Assembly (NCBI GenBank): GCA_043813365.1
Contig: JBDRLB010000040.1
Span: 1-39,161 of the forward strand
Length of the DNA: 39,161 nucleotides
Source of the DNA: Candidatus Micrarchaeota archaeon
Lineage (GTDB): Archaea; Micrarchaeota; Micrarchaeia; Norongarragalinales; SBBD01
Direction of reading: 5' to 3'
Part shown: positions 37,770-39,161 of the stretch, one piece after another
How positions within the stretch are numbered: position 1 is the first letter of the stretch
Layout: every line of letters begins with the position of its first letter
Notes under the pieces: model-generated
Seen by the model: only the letters and a program-made list of their open reading frames with translations
Databases searched by the model: none
What the model was told of the DNA's origin: nothing
Translations under genes and position numbers: made by a program

Positions 37770-37951
37770 GGGCCCGTAGTATAACCTGGACAGAACGGAA
37801 GCTTGCGGAGCTTTAGATCTGGGTTCGAAATGCCTGGCACGCAATAAGGCAATATTTGATTGATAGGCAAATCAATATCCTTCTTTGGCGCGGAGCCATC
37901 GCACCTTTCTTCGGAAGAAAGGGGCAAGGCGCGGACATCCCGGCGGGCCCG
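37770..37951 (+). tRNA. tRNA-Arg(GCG) with a 108-nt T-loop intron (59/60)
   Basis: Acceptor GGGCCCG (37770-37776)/CGGGCCC (37944-37950) plus G; anticodon arm GAAGC-TT-GCG-GA-GCTTT; T stem CTGGG/CCCGG; exons 37770-37829 and 37938-37951 give 74 nt; TTTAAA upstream at 37731; oligo-T downstream. Confidence 0.95.
37830..37937 (+). other. Non-canonical T-loop tRNA intron (59/60), homologous to intron 98-239
   Basis: Strict BHB: GGG/CCC, central TTCG (37824-37827)/CGGA (37932-37935), bulges AA|A and CA|T, inner helix TGCCT/AGGCG. Confidence 0.92.
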
Positions 37952-38052
37952 TCCGGCTTTTTTACGTCTCAAACCGGCACTCAAGAATGGCGGTATTGTC
38001 CGAATTTGCCTGTAAGTGAAGGATATAAATACCCGGAAAGATTGTTGTTATT

Positions 38053-38799
38053 ATGGATTCTGACGTGCAGCTCTTCTGGAGCGGTGCTTACTTCCTTGGG
38101 CTATTTCTGCTATGGCTTTCGTTCTATCTCATCTCTGGACCAATCAAGAACTTGGAGCGGGTTTCTGGAAAATCCACCCATTACAAATACATTTTGCTTG
38201 CCCTGGGCTTTTTGGTTGTAAGGCCCCTCGTTGACGGCTATTTCAACTATTTCACAGGAAAGCCCGAAGGAGGGCTAATTGATTTTGCTTCAATATTGGC
38301 GGTTTTGATAGGCAGCATCCTAATGTTCATTCCAATCGTAAACCTGGCGAAAAGGTCCCTCTCGGAAAGCATGGGGATGAGCACATGGCTGTTTTACCTT
38401 CAGATGAGCATTGTTGCCTTCTTCTTCGTTACGCAAATACCCGTATTCTTCAACCAAATTGCCTCAGCTACCTACTTCATTACCGCCCTGATTTTGGGAA
38501 TGAGCCTGCGAATGATGTCCAACTTTACGGAGCAGTTTGAAATCATATTTCCACTAAGATGGCTGTTCGATACTGCCGCATGGGTGCTGCCGCTTGCCTT
38601 GGCGATAAGGGCATATTCCATATCCGTGGCAATAAGATTTGAAAGTTTTACGGTAGCGAGCTATGTTTCGGGGGAATTGCGGAGCGTTTTCATATTCTTG
38701 ATGTTTGTTTGCGGGCTTATGGCGTTCATTGGGGCGTACACATTGAGCAAATCGGTTTTGCAGGAGAGCGCGAAGAAACCCGATAGCCTGAACGCCTAG
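38053..38799 (+). CDS. Multi-pass membrane protein of unknown function
   Basis: 248-aa ORF with about 7 hydrophobic segments; no motif recognised. Confidence 0.72.
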   Translation: MDSDVQLFWSGAYFLGLFLLWLSFYLISGPIKNLERVSGKSTHYKYILLALGFLVVRPLVDGYFNYFTGKPEGGLIDFASILAVLIGSILMFIPIVNLAKRSLSESMGMSTWLFYLQMSIVAFFFVTQIPVFFNQIASATYFITALILGMSLRMMSNFTEQFEIIFPLRWLFDTAAWVLPLALAIRAYSISVAIRFESFTVASYVSGELRSVFIFLMFVCGLMAFIGAYTLSKSVLQESAKKPDSLNA

Positions 38800-38807
38800 T
38801 CGATCAT

Positions 38808-39161
38808 TTAGGGATTGTCAGAAGCATATTCAATTTCTTCCAGCAATTTTCTAACCTCAAAATCGAAGGAAACAAACATCACATGCTTATTAACCGAGTT
38901 TATTGAATAATCAAACTCCAAGAACCTGATCAAATTCCCAGTTACCTTTAGGGCGGTTAAACTTTCCAAAGGAATTGCGACATGCATTTTAGCAACGCTC
39001 ATCACAAGCCCCTTCAGATGAATTAGATAAATTCTGCTTTTTGTAAGCACGATAAGGCCCAGTTGCTGTTTCTCCTTCTCTCCGTCAAACTCATAGAAGT
39101 TGCCGTTCGTTGCTAACACTACTTCTTCTGATGGGGGTATAAGATTTCTCCATTCCACCAT
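38808..39161 (-). CDS. PH/GRAM-like domain protein (start at window edge, may extend)
   Basis: EEVVLA...GLIVLTKSRIYLIH...IPLESLTAL pattern typical of prokaryotic PH-like domains. Confidence 0.6.
   Translation of the reverse strand: MVEWRNLIPPSEEVVLATNGNFYEFDGEKEKQQLGLIVLTKSRIYLIHLKGLVMSVAKMHVAIPLESLTALKVTGNLIRFLEFDYSINSVNKHVMFVSFDFEVRKLLEEIEYASDNP

Noticed and set aside
37694..37984. 96-aa minus ORF (and the 37856-38221 plus ORF)
   Set aside because: They overlap tRNA-Arg and its intron with no protein-like motif; not intron-encoded endonucleases.
1..39161. CRISPR arrays, transposases, integrases, inteins, rRNA genes
   Set aside because: No regularly spaced repeats, no recognisable DDE/HUH/recombinase motifs, no intein-size insertions in polB, smc or fusA, and no rRNA signatures seen.

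Overview
Gene-dense archaeal window; gene content and style (archaeal EF-2, EF-1alpha and S10, PolB, SMC, PRC-barrel, two FtsZ, an LFGC-type lipoprotein, BHB-spliced tRNAs) suggest a DPANN archaeon, probably Micrarchaeota-like (inference). Left third: thiol-redox genes, a minimal group 3b-like [NiFe]-hydrogenase locus, and a copper-resistance operon with a palindromic operator. Middle: smc, PRC-barrel, polB, tandem ftsZ, surface proteins. Right: EF-2, a lemA plus three GIDE-domain gene cassette (one with an in-frame TAG), rps10, tuf, ribL. Main discoveries lie outside the ORF track. (1) Two tRNA genes, tRNA-Ser(UGA) at the left edge and tRNA-Arg(GCG) near the right end, each carry a long (142 and 108 nt) intron at the same non-canonical T-loop position 59/60. 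The two introns are homologous and palindromic, like a MITE that is spliced out by the tRNA endonuclease. (2) A roughly 206-nt, heavily structured, unidentified ncRNA candidate upstream of fusA has its own TATA box and T-rich terminator. (3) Several unannotated small proteins, including a 24-aa Lys-rich peptide ending in CCGCC. All family assignments are by eye from motifs; no database searches were run.
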